The position numbers and the translations under genes are program-made. A stretch of DNA of 64,000 bases from Eledone cirrhosa (lineage: Eukaryota), in the NCBI GenBank assembly GCA_964016885.1, contig OZ024742.1, positions 262,818,001 through 262,882,000 of the forward strand, given 5' to 3'. The notes under the pieces were generated by a model. It did no database searches, had not been told where the DNA came from, and saw nothing but the letters and a program-made list of their open reading frames with translations. Positions 34,125 to 47,100 of the stretch are shown piece after piece; position 1 is the stretch's first letter, and each line of letters starts with the position of its first letter.

Positions 34125-34690
34125 CAGTTTATGTTTACAAGCTGAAATTGCCTCAGAACTTTTGTTTAAAATACGTTTGTTGGCATAAAGGATTTCCAAT
34201 GGTTCAGAAGCACAAAGATCACAAGGTTTTCTTTTATTTCCGTTATAGAATCTAGCTTTAGCTAAGACTTCCCAGTGTAACCTATATCGGAAGTTATTGT
34301 CTTTTAAACTCCAGATATAAACCAAAAGGGAAGTCATATTCCTTCTTAAAGGGTTTTGAAATGAAAGAGCATGCATGTATAAACGGTGCTTAAATCTATT
34401 GGTAGTTAACGCTATGTAAGCCTTACGAGTAGTGGGTGTATCAACCTTAAATCTATTAACTATATTGCTTGATAAGCATTTCCCGGCTAGAAGCTGCAGT
34501 CCATATTGATATAATTGCAGCCAGCACTAATTTCAAGATTGTTTATATTACTATGGCTATGTAATTTAGCTAAGTTAGAAGCAGTAATGTTGTGTCCAAG
34601 GTTATGTGTTGTGGAATAAGATATTTTAACTGCGTTTCTATTAAAAGTCTTGTGATATTTAAAGTAAGGAAAGCTTTATTTATGTGTCCA
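34125..34690 (-). mobile_element. Penelope-like element GIY-YIG endonuclease relic (possibly Neptune-type)
   Basis: GKCLSSNIV..AYIALTTNRFKHR..H..SF..YIWSLK..CDLC..E..LNKSSE..CKH. Confidence 0.75.
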
Positions 34691-34747
34691 CTTCCATATT
34701 ATATGGTGGGTTATACCATATAATGTGTGTGTATATATATATATATA

Positions 34748-35922
34748 CAAGGCTACTCAGTTCTTTTAGAACAAGTCTTTTAATAGCTGAAACTTTTTTC
34801 TAGCTTATTCTGATTATCTTTTTTCTAGCTTATTCTGATTATCTTTTCAGATAAATGATGACATACATCAAGCTAACTCAGCAAATGAAAAAGCATGCTG
34901 TGATTGTTCCTTAAAGACAGAGCATAGTGATTTAGAAATTGCTCACTTCCTGAAAGTGGCATGGTCATTTGTCAATATTTGCAAAGAGCTGGAAGATGCT
35001 GACAGGAATTCTACAGTAGTAGCCAAACTTAAAATGTCTGCTAAGAGTCATAATACTACCAGAACACCCAAATTTATATGAAAGGTGCAAATTATTGATA
35101 AGGACCATATAAAGTCAATTAGCACCATTGCTAAAGAACTTAAGATTTCAAGGCACACTATCAGAATTGTGCATGAGGACCTTCGATACAGGTCAATGTA
35201 ATATTGAGTGGCCAGTTCATGTCTGCAAAAACAAAAGATAGCTCTCTGATCTGCACAAAGCACTTGTTGAACAAGTTGAAACACCAAGAGCCTGGAATGC
35301 TTTAGTTTTACTCTGATGAGAAAAATTTTGATGGAAAGGTCAACTGAAGAAATGACAGGTGATTATGCAGAGACCCTAAAGACTTTCCAAGGAAGATGTC
35401 ATGTCTCCTCACTTCTTAAGAGTCAATGCTACTGACTATAAGGTGTTGGGGGAGGGTTGTGAGGCCTTGGATAGAGAGCATGAGCAAAAGGAGACTGTAC
35501 ACTGACCAAAAAGACTGCCATCTAATAAGGTGAAGCTGACCCAAGAATGAATAAGTTACAATCTCCATAATCATTTAATCCCAAACATATGGCCTCCTAA
35601 CTCTCCAAAACTGAACCCATAGGACTACTACGTATGGGGCGTAGTCAATCAATGCCCTTTTAACACTATGAAAATCTCTGAAGTCTGCAATAACTAGTAC
35701 AGTGTCCAAAATAGATAAAGATCATCTGATAGACATGTCAACGTTTCAGACTTTGTACTGAATCAGTCATCAATGCAAACAGTGGATTGATTGAGTAGAT
35801 GCATCAAGAAGAACCTCAAGATTATTTAGGCCAATTTTTTTCTTAAATAAAGCTCTCCTTTCATGATTTAAGTGTCTTATACTAAATTCATGCAAATGTC
35901 CTCAAAGAACTTGGCAACCCTG
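34748..35922 (+). mobile_element. Tc1/mariner-superfamily transposon relic
   Basis: Degenerate ~26-bp TIRs flanked by TA, with SDEKNF and WPPNSPKLNP*DYYVWG motifs. Confidence 0.85.
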
Positions 35923-36259
35923 TATTTAAATATATATATGGAATGTATGTATCTCAACCAGTATTGTGCAGAAGTTTGGTGAGGCCCAGAGCCAACTCCT
36001 TGGTTGTATAACCATGAAATTCAAATGTAGGGCCTAATACTGAGAAATGTAAAGGAAGACATTTTAAATATCTAAAAACAGATGAAATATGAAATATACA
36101 CTTAATTCAAATCAATTTAAAATCAGCCACAATTATTAAGTCTGGTTCCAAAAATGTTATTTCCTATCAGAAATCATTTCAATTACATAATTTTTTTAAT
36201 ATCAGATGTGTTTTTATTAGTTTCGGTTTTGAAAATGACCTATCACAACTTGCAATTGA

Positions 36260-37520
36260 AAATGCTATGGTAAGTAGTAATCTGAATGCCACACACATCA
36301 TTGGAAAGACATCCCTTCCAAATTGCAGTAAATACTTCAAAGAATCTTTAGGATCTGTATTTCCTCCAGCTTAGGAGATCAGCAAAGTATTTTTTCACCT
36401 CGTGACGATTTCCTGATAGCAGACATGAAGGAGGACTTGTTACAAAATCGGTGGATGGTCTACTAGAATACTTTCTTTGCAGATCAAAAGTCAGTTAACC
36501 CCAAAGTCCTTCTATCTCTTAATCTTCAATGATTTTACTGTCTCTTCTGCGACTTATCATGCTTGCTTGTACTAAGAGTGCAAGAAGGAATATTCATTTC
36601 CAAGCCAAGCTTTATAAGACGTGTTCTATGCTCAGATGGCATCTTTACCCTCCTGATTGAACCAGAGGGTTCTTCTACCACTCGGTGCCACTTTTACTCC
36701 ATTTCAACTTCCTCAGTTTGCTCAGGAGACATGCTAGTTTTGTGGATTTTCTTGGCTTTCGGTAGTGTGAAGCTGCAGATTACTAGATGGTGATCAGTTG
36801 ACAGCTCAGCCCTTCTCTTAACACAAACATCCAGCACAGAATCAGAGATCAGAAACAACAACAAAATCAATTACTGATCTCTATCCCTGATTTCCCTTAG
36901 ACCATGTGCATCTATGGATGTCTTTGTGCTGGATGGTGTTCATAATAGAGAGCCTTTTACTAGAACAGAAGTCTAATAATGCCTCTCCATTTGTATTCAG
37001 ATTGGGATCACTGTTCCTTCCAATCACTCCTTTACATGTCAGGTGGTTAGTGCCAACATGTGCATTGAAGTCTCCATTTCAGTCATAATTACAGAAGGAT
37101 CTGTATTCAGATTCTGTTTGGTGCATAAACTTGCACCACCCACAAGGATCGTTCTTTCAGCCTTAGCCTCAAAGGGCAAATTCTTCCTCCAATAGGATTC
37201 AGTCCGTAACATATTCTGACAGCCAAGGACTTCTGAGTATCCCCACTCCTGCCAGTGCAGTCTTTTCTGGCACCACTCCCGAATAGTGGAGTTTCCATTC
37301 TCCATCCAAATCTACAATACCAGAACCACAGAACTTTGTTGAGAAAGCTCCTGTTATATCTGGCCTCCTCCACTAGTTCCTGCTCCTTACCTGTAAGTGT
37401 TGTAACATTCCAGTTGCCAATTGTTAATGTTTGCTCCCTTCTGGACCCTCTTTGTGGTCTCTGGATATGCAACTTTTGTGCATCCATCCCACACCTTCCA
37501 GGACAGGTCGCAGGCTCATT
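36260..37520 (-). mobile_element. RTE LINE 5' half (APE endonuclease), family of 3250-5880
   Basis: LTIGNWNVTTLTGKEQELVEEA and VQVYAPN. Matches 3270-3900 at DNA level. Confidence 0.85.
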
Positions 37521-40169
37521 GTCAGTTTTTACATTAGGTAAAGACTGCAATATATTTTTCAAAGAGGCCCTTCAACCTGCTAGAGATGTGGTAGATAGCG
37601 ATAGAGAAACCAGATATGATGGTTAGTTGTGATATAAGTAGACTCTTACAAGATGACTAAGTAACCGTAGACCAAACAACAGTAAGTTACTAGGGAAGAT
37701 GGAGCAATAGGTGACACAGTTACTTCTCAAGAAAACTCACAACTCAGCGAGTAAAGGCTGCCTTTAAAAAAAGTTTTATCTTCATGGATCTGAGAAAATT
37801 ACCAAATTGGTGACTAGCACAAAAACTGCAGTATGGTCAAATGTTGGGATTTATTTTTCTTTTAATGCCAAAAAATGAATCTGCAAGGAAGAACATTACT
37901 GTAGAAATTAAAAATTAAGAAAGAACTCTATTCTATTAGAGAAACTAATATCAATTTAAGCGAACTTACTGTGGCATATGGATGATCCAAATCTACCATT
38001 TGTACCATTTTGAAGAAAATGGATGAACTAAAAAGTGCAAAGGTGTCCAAATACTTATGTTGGCTCAATATTTCTTGTGCTTCACATTTCACATGACTTA
38101 ATCTAATTCCTATTTCTTATTACCACTCTACAGCTCGTTTTGAAGAAACCAGTTCACCATTGCAGATATTGTACATTTAATAGCGAAGTTATGGAGAAAA
38201 TTGTCACTTGGTGCTGTCTTTTCAAAGGACATTCAAATGTTTGAAACATCCTGTAATTGAGGAAATTTTGTTTGTGCAGTTCTATGAAGCTCAACATGAG
38301 AAATAAAGAAAAGAAATGTCCTTCAATGACCTGATGGTGCCAGACAGGAAAGAGGTTGAATCCTTGCAACAAAAACTGAAAAAGGAAGATCAAAATGAAA
38401 GAAAGGTCCATATCGGGAGCAAAACTGAAGAAATCATTTAGTCTCTGGCATGAGCTCAGACATTGAGAACATATCATCCACACTCAGAGGATGCTGAGCC
38501 AGGTTGAACTATTTTTCTGATAAAGTGTTGCAGCACTTTTTGACTGTCCAGAAGAATAGACTACAGCAATCTATCCTGGCTACTTTCTTGAAAAAAAGAA
38601 AACGACCCAAGAACATTCTACTGCTGTTTTTTCAATAAGAGAAAATTAGTAAAGATGACTATACTTCTAAATAATTTTCTTCTCTCCCCAAACCAACACT
38701 GTTCTACTTCTCTTTGAATAAACAGCCAGCCAAACACAAGCAAGAAACTATCTGATTTTTCAATTATAAGTTTATTTTTCCTGGAATCTTTAAATTTGCT
38801 TGAATTATTTCCCTTTGTTTATATATCATACAGACTAAACCTTACCAGGAGTTTAATTAAATAATTTATTTCATCATTAGTTTCATGTAAATTTTCTAGG
38901 GTGGCAGTCACATTCTGAGATTTGACAGGTCAGATAACCACATTTGAGTCATGTTTCATTTTGAGATCGTTTCTACAGCTGGATACCCTTCCTAATGTCA
39001 ACCACATTACAGCATGTAGTAGGGGCATTTTATTATAACACCAGCACTACCACTTTATAGTGTGGGCGGGTGCATTTTATCATGGCACCATTTCTAGATT
39101 AATTGTGTGTATATATATATATATATGTGCGTGTGTGTATGTGTATAAACACGTGTATGTATCATCAGCAGTATTTTTATGTTTTACCATGCTCATTCAC
39201 TCGATTCTTTCCTATATATATCATCATATATATACAAGGGGGCTTCAAAAAGCTTGTAGAACAAGTACTAAAAATCATATGCAGGGATTTTGATCTCAAA
39301 TGCACCTATCCGTTCTCGTACTAACGTGTCATAACATGAACCCTTCAATGTACAGAACTGTTTGATTTTTGGGAGGGGCTTGGGCATTCAGTCATAGAAC
39401 CCAAGCCAAAAACTAGATCCATATGAACAAGACATGGCCACCTAACTTGACCTGGCTAACCCATACAAGCATGAAAAATAAAGGTTAATCAGTAATGGTG
39501 ATGATGACACACAACACTTTCCATTTACCAAATTTTACCAGCTAAACATTGGTCAAGTTATGATGATTCTCAATGGATTAGAATTCAGGACCTATGATTA
39601 CACTTTCATTCCTGTTTTATTTGGTTGAAAGCAGTTGAATCTTGAGGAAATGTGAAAGGAAAGTAGAGCATAATCAGTGCTTGTCTCCCCTTAAAGATAA
39701 CATCATCAGTATCATTACCACATTCAGTTTGAAAATATGCTTTGAGGAAATACCAGCTATCTCAAGTGACCAACAGCAGGAGATTTTAATATATAAACCA
39801 GGGTCACCTACAACCACCTCTTACTATTGTCTTCATTTAAAAATGCATAATCATTATTTAGGCAGATGTCTTGGTATATATTTAGAATATATTTTGGTAT
39901 ATATTTGAATTCTTATCTGAGCCTGTCTTTGCCATTTGACTCTCCAAGTTCAATAAAATAAGTACAAGTAATACACTGAGAATCAACTTAGCTATATCAG
40001 TCTTGTATATGTTTGTGTCAAATTATAAGATTATTATTAAGGTGATGGCAGATCAGAATAAGTTGAGTATTGGACTAAATGCCTGGAGTATTTAATTATA
40101 TTTCTTTCCTGCCAGAATTCACTTTTGTTTTCATTTCTCTGGTCTTAATAAAATAAGTACCAGTAAAGT

Positions 40170-41075
40170 GTGGATACAGTATGACTGAATAGTTAAGAGG
40201 TTTGCTTTGCAATCATTAGACCTTGGGTTCAGTCCCACTGCATGGTATCTTGGGCAAGTGTCATTTACCATAGCCTCAGGTTGACTCATACATTGAGTGA
40301 ATTTGGGTAGAACAAAACTGGAAGCTCACTGGATGAACTACCTGTAATTTAATGGGCCAGCCTTATCATGCTGAATCTCCCAAAAAATTACATTAAGGGT
40401 ACATGTGTCTGTGGAATACCTAGCCACGCAACATTAATTTCATGAGTAGTCTGCTCCATTGATCGAACAATTGGAATACTCATCATTGAAACCAATAGAG
40501 GTTAATTCATCTGTAATATACTATTTCAATTGAAATTACAACTCTCACTCAAATTTGTTGCCTTATGGCCAAATGAGGAGTCATCCTTATTATTATTATT
40601 TAAGGGCACTAGATGGCAGAATTAGTAGAATGGTGAACAAAATGCCTTGTGGAATTTAGTTACACTCCTTTTGATTCTGAATTCCAATCTCACTGGTGCC
40701 AACTTGGCCTTTAATGCTTAGTAGTAATATACTGGAATCTAATTGATTAGACTTCTTCCACCAAATGTGGACTTGTGCTTATATTAGAAATCATTCTTAT
40801 TATTATTAGCAGTATTGGCCAGCAACCCCTTAGCACAATAGTTAATGATCCACCCGCCATCTGAGAGATGTCAAATTTGATTCCTCACAGGTACCTTTCA
40901 TTAGAGCATTGGACAAAATGCCTTACAGCATTTATTCTGGCTCTTTACATTCTTAGTTCAAATCTCACCGAGGTTAACCTTGCCTTTCATCCTTCCAAGG
41001 TTAATAAAATAAAGTACTGGGGTTGATAAAATCAACAAATTCCTGGCCTTGTGCCTAAATTAGAAAACATTATTA
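40170..41075 (+). mobile_element. Cluster of degraded tRNA-derived SINEs
   Basis: GGTTCAGTCCC and AGTTCAAATCTC B-boxes with family-typical bodies. Confidence 0.65.
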
Positions 41076-41339
41076 GCTGTATTGTATCAGACAAAAGGGC
41101 ATGTTATTCTAAGAATGGTATTTGTTTTGCTCATCAAATATTGGATTTAATTGTTACAATTCTTTCTCCCATGCAAAAAAAGTAATCTCTGGAGATTAAA
41201 AATTTGCAATAAAAAATATTAAATCAAATATTCATTATAATATTATCATTATTATTATCATTGAGTTGAAATACAAAAGAAAATATTAATTTAAAAAAAA
41301 AAAATTTATACCATCTTTCAGCCCAAGTAAAAACAAAAA

Positions 41340-42059
41340 TTAGTCTCTATGTATTCTTAGATGACTTGTTAAAGCAACATTGTCCAGAAAGTTGTCGCCG
41401 CATATCTTACAGCGTAAAATATTCGATTTCAACTGCGGCTCAGGTTTAGCGTGTGTTTTCATGTGTGCCTTTAGCTGGAGACTAAGTGTGAACTCTTTTC
41501 CACACTCCTTACAAGGAAATGTTTTTTCCTTCTTATGTATTCGAACGTGACCTTTCAAAGCGGCTTTAGTAGTGAAATTCTTCCCACAAGTCTCACACTG
41601 GAATGATTTTTCTTCTCTTGTGTGTTTCTTCAAATGACATCTTAAAGTAGAATGGTCTGTGAAGCTATCCCCACACATTGTGCAATGGTAAGGCTTTTCT
41701 CCGGTATGGATCCTCAGGTGCTTTTTCAATGTAGATCTTTCAGTAAAATCCTTATCACATATATCACAGTGAAAAGGTTTCTCTCCAGTATGCGTCTTTA
41801 TGTGGTTTTTTAGGGTATAATTCTCAGAGAAATCCTTGCCACAGATGTCACAGTGGAAAGGCTTCTCTCCTGTATGTGTTCTAATGTGTCTTGTCAGGTG
41901 AGAGTTTTTCAAGAAGTCTTTCCCGCAGATGTCACAAGAAAAACGTCTCTCTACTGTATGGGTCTTCAAGTGTTTTTCCAACAAGGAGTGAACAAGAAAC
42001 TCCTTGCCACATACTCCACAGTAGTATGGCTCAGCTTCAGAATCTGCCAACAAATTCAT
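41340..42059 (-). CDS. C2H2 zinc-finger protein, 239 aa, 8 fingers
   Basis: Eight C-x2-C-x12-H-x3-H units with TGEKP linkers between fingers 2-5, in an intact single coding exon. Splice acceptor tttacatttcAG| precedes 42128. Confidence 0.95.
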   Translation of the reverse strand: MNLLADSEAEPYYCGVCGKEFLVHSLLEKHLKTHTVERRFSCDICGKDFLKNSHLTRHIRTHTGEKPFHCDICGKDFSENYTLKNHIKTHTGEKPFHCDICDKDFTERSTLKKHLRIHTGEKPYHCTMCGDSFTDHSTLRCHLKKHTREEKSFQCETCGKNFTTKAALKGHVRIHKKEKTFPCKECGKEFTLSLQLKAHMKTHAKPEPQLKSNILRCKICGDNFLDNVALTSHLRIHRD

Positions 42060-45000
42060 TTTTCAGAGGTAGATTTCTTTAATGTTCAGTAGGTTATATT
42101 TATATTATTTAATAAGTTGCACTTGGAACTGAAATGTAAAGAAATATAATTAGTAGTAATGTTTAACATTTCAATTCAAATAGAAACAGATAAAACTATT
42201 ATTTCTTTAGAAGTACATCATAATGTGAAGAGAAATAAGACAGGGTGTCCAAGGTAAAACAATGATAATGATGTATCTTATGAACATACATTAATCAGTC
42301 AAGACAATGAAAGCCTGTATACAGTCACTAGAGCTGTTAGAAATGGCAGTGAAGTCTCCTTTAAATCACTATCCTAAAAAATGAACACTCTGTACAGTGT
42401 AGTCCTAGATATACAAAAAGTTGGGATGGTTACAACTAGAATGTCTAATAATCATAGGTCTATTCGATCAGTCATAATGAAAATGACTCTTTGTGTACTC
42501 AATTGTGTCCACAATGTATTATATTTTAGCCACACATCAGTTAAGTGGTTCTGCTAGCAGGTTAAACTTAGGGACTGGGCACTAAAATAGGATAGACGCA
42601 GTCAAAGATCTAGAGTGGCACCCCAACAACAGGCTGCACTAGTCGTGAGAACCTAATTGAATTGATAGGTGTAATGTCCAGTTATCTAAGCTGGCATGAG
42701 TTAAACAGGACTTCAAAACGGTGTTCTTCATTCCACTTCCTTTGACATCATCTCACATGAAAGACCTTATCAAAGATCCCTTCTAACTTTCTCTCCTTTC
42801 AGGCCTTCTTAGTACACTTCTACTATATATACTGACTCCCAACTCCCAGTACTTCACCCAGCTCCTGTCAACTATCTTAAATAATTGGTGCAATCATCTT
42901 TCCTGAACAGACAACTGATATGTTTTATGCCCAATTGCTTTCTCATTGTCTTCCACAAGTAATTCTTAATTCCCTTCTCAAATCTCCAAATATTTTGTAA
43001 TTCTTGGATTAATTCTGTAACAATAACCAGGCTATCAAAATTTTTATTGGCATCTAAAGTTTCAAACTCTAGTGATGGTTTCGAAAATGCAAATGATTAA
43101 GAGACAAAAAGGAATCAAGCTTCATTGAAACAGCAAGAGAGTTTCTGTTTTCACTTAGCCCTGACTATCTATCTCCTTGGAAACAAAGCTAATCTTTTCA
43201 GGTCTACAAGATGTGAATAGGGCCAGCACTGAATTCTAATTTCTGTAGTATTAAATGGATGAGATAAATCTCTTTCTGGATAGAACCACAGGTAGCTTTC
43301 CAATGGGATATACTGAATCATATCCCACATGGTCATTTAGAGGTCAGTGTGCTGACTGTGGCCACAATATAGCACTTGGAGATAGAGCAAAAATCTGCTG
43401 GCTTCCTTCCTAGTTGGTCAATTGGTAATCTATTGATTCAATTATTCATAAATTTAAAATCTTAAGAGAACAGTCAAAATTCAGCCACAGATACTTTTAT
43501 TGGTAAGTCCTGTGCTAAAGGTCAACACAAACACAACTCACCAAGAGTACCAAATAACTGTTTACTAAGCATTTTGTTTATTTTGACCTAACATTTAGCC
43601 CTTCTATATATGGAGCAAAGCAATGAATTGACAGAATCATTAGAATGGTGGTAGAATGCTTTGTGGTATTCATTTCAGTTCTCTGCACTAAGTTCAAATC
43701 TCGTTAGTGTCAACTTTGCCTTTCATCCTTTTTAAGAAAGTAAAAAAAGTGCCAGCCCAACACAGGGGACAATTTTCATTGTCTTTCTTTCTCTCTGGGA
43801 GAAATAAACTGTTTAGAGAGGGATAGGCTTTGCCAGGTTTTAAATGCCCAAGGTAGGATTTACAAATCCACATAAGAAAAAATTAAAAATGCATATATAT
43901 ATATATAATGTTGGTATCACAACAAAAAAGCATCCTGCACACACACTGTAAATATGGTTGCCATTATGAAGAGCATAGAAGCCTAACCAGAAACATTCTA
44001 TATGAGCAAGACAGTCACCTGACCTCTAATGGGACAACCCGTCTAACCCATGCTAGCATGGAAAATGGACGTTAAACGATGATGATGATATACATATATA
44101 TATATCATCATCATTGTTTAAAGTATATTTTCCACACTAGCATGGATTAGATGGGTCTGTGCCATTAGAGGCAAGTTGGGTCTGGTGACCGTATCTCATC
44201 ATCATCATCATCGTTTAACGTCCATCTTCCACGCTAGCATGGGTTTGGATGGGAATTTTCCCACTTGAGGCAAGATTGGTTGTCTTGCTCGTATCATATA
44301 GAATTGTTTCTGGCTGGCTGCCTTTCCTAACACCAACCACATTTACAGTGTGTGCTGTGTGCTTTTTGCCATGTCTCCTACATGACCACTTTACAGTGTG
44401 GGCTGTGTGCTTTTTGCCATGTCTCCTACATGACCACTTTACAGTGTGGGCTGGATGCTTTGATACCAACATACCTTTACAGAATAAGGGTGATGTAGGG
44501 GTGTATATTGGATTAAGAGGTGCCTACTGAGTGAAGCAAATAGCTCTCTTATTACCTACCGGACGATAGAACATAGGATTCAGTCAAAATCTTTTCAGAG
44601 GTTCATAAATCTCAAGTACATCAACATAGTTTCATGTATATTTTGTTTTGTTGTTTTTTTCGTGTTTGCATATCAGGTATGCAGAGCTGTGTCACCAGTT
44701 AATACAAAGACTACATTCTGCCTATCAACTTTACTTTAAACCAGCTTACATATGATCCTACTCCTATACCACTACCAACCATTATTTGTTTATTTTCCTT
44801 CTCTAGTGTGCTTCCTTTGCTTTTGTGGTAATTAACCCTTTTGTTACAATATATTTAGAATACACTGCCTATGAATGTCAATTAGTTTTCACAATAAAGA
44901 AGAATTTTGAGGAGTTTTAATTAAATAGATGTAACCTTTCATTCATTTGATATAGTAAACTGGTCTTTGGAATAACTTGACAAAAGGTTCTGAAATAAAA

Positions 45001-46687
45001 CTGATGGAATTTTTGCCTTGAAACAACTTTAACCCTTTTAATACTAATCTGCTCAAAACTGCCTCTGGTTCTATGAAACAAAATCATCCCATTTTAAAGG
45101 GTTCCTACTTAAAATCTTCCAAAATAATTTGATTAAGAAAATTTTGTTAAGTAATGTCACAAATACGATTTTAATATTGAAATAATTAATAATTTTAATA
45201 AATCGCTCCAAATTCTTCATTAATTCAAATACAGCATATCTCATTTAAAATGTGGTTATGGGAGAGTTAACTGAAGTAGTTATTATTGTAGTTTAGCAAA
45301 ATTTCAGTTGAGATTTAATTTAAATCAGAACACAGGTGGTTCTGAGAGGTTGTGATGTGGACACATAGTATGGCTACAGACAAGTTGGTACTGGAAGGTT
45401 AAACTGAGATACTACCACACTATTTAACATGAATCATCCACTTCAAAGACCAAGGAAGAGACCTCTACTTGGTCAAGGGTTCTACTGGAACAGCTAAATC
45501 TCTTCAAACAACACTATCTCTTAAGCAATGAAGAATTCATTAATAAGTTCTAGATAAAATATATATATAAGACGGTCACAGCTGGAACATTTTTTTTTTA
45601 TCAGAGCTGTTGGATCAGGGCACACCTGGTTCTAAACAATAACAGCAGCTAAAAATATAAGTCAAATATCACCATACTATCAAACAAAGAACACATTAAA
45701 TTATCTAATCTTAGTCCTAGCTACCCTATGTATGAAAAGAAAAAGGACAGGATAGTCACAGCTGGAATATATCTGCCTAACCTGTGGTTAACACAATAAA
45801 CTGTATTTTGTGTCTAACTGTTTGGTCTACATACCACTCTACTACTTCGTTGTCTATTGCCTACTTAGGTCTTAACGCCACACGTGTATACTGTACATAG
45901 ATGGCTTATAGTAAGTTGTTAGTAATCTTTTGTTTTAAGTATCATGAAAGTGAAATTGAACAGTATCCGATTTATCTTGATATGTAAAGTCCAAATGATT
46001 TATTAACATAATATGAAATAAATTTATTACAATCGATATTAATGGAAGTAAAATTAAATAAAGTCGGATAATAATATCTAAAGCATTTCATTAGATATAT
46101 ATAAACATGTTTTTTTGATAACAAGGACGTCAGATACGTTGAAAATCACAAATATATCATCCGGTATTTGACGAAAAATCAGCTGTCTTAGTTTCATTTT
46201 ATTGTCGGCCATATCGGACTATACCAACTTAGCCTGTTAATTATTTTATCGATATCTATTTGTTGAACTGTAAGGTAACGGGACAACTGGATACGTCATA
46301 AACACGCACAGACTCATACACATATTTTTGTCTCCCTCAATTTCCGCCTTCCAAATTCTACTTGCAAGATATGATCAACCCACGTGCAGTGGGATCGAAC
46401 CTGAAGCCATGTAGTTGTGAAGCAAATTTCTTAACCTGTTTACGCCTGTGCTTCCCTAGTAAGATTTCGTCGCTTTTTGTTTTAGTATATTACGCAGTAT
46501 ACATTAATAAGCAGCAAATTTGAAGGGGTAAAAGCAGCGCACCCTGTTTGCAATAGTTACAATGTTTTCCAGGGATGTTTCGATTTGGGTATATAAAATC
46601 GCAGACATGAAAATGAAAATCAATTCAAATGAAAGGTATTTGATTTTTCGTTTTAAATGTTTGCCTTTTTAATTATTTTATATCTAC

Positions 46688-47100
46688 CTTGACGATATTT
46701 CACTGTCTCCAACTTGTCCATACACCCACTACAAATATAATATAGTTGTCCCAATTCACTATCGCTTCTCTTTCGTTATCGACATAGCTGCTTCTACAAG
46801 TCTGCGGTTGGAATCCCCCACCCCTTCACTTTGAATTACTTTAATTATCTCGCTTTCATTTTCTTTTGCCATTTTATATACCTAAAGCAAAACATCCCCA
46901 GACAAGGAACGAATAGTTCAGTTCCCGTTAGACAGGCATACAGCAGATAGAACAAATCTCTAATATAGAGGTTTTGACTTCCGAAAAAGAAATTTTCCAA
47001 AATATATTGAGGGAGTAAAGAGAAGTTATTTGATTAACTTATCTACCAATGGCTTATTGATAATCAACGAGATTATCACTGGATTTGCATTATCTAACAT
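46688..47100 (-). promoter_or_regulatory. Candidate non-coding first exon / promoter of the zinc-finger gene
   Basis: Minus-strand donor AAG|GTAGAT at 46688 in non-repetitive sequence with more CpG than the flanks. ETS-like ACTTCCG near 46978. Confidence 0.4.

Noticed and set aside
37860-39350. Tigger/mariner relics
   Set aside because: Only faint motif traces, with no boundaries or TIR pair I could support.
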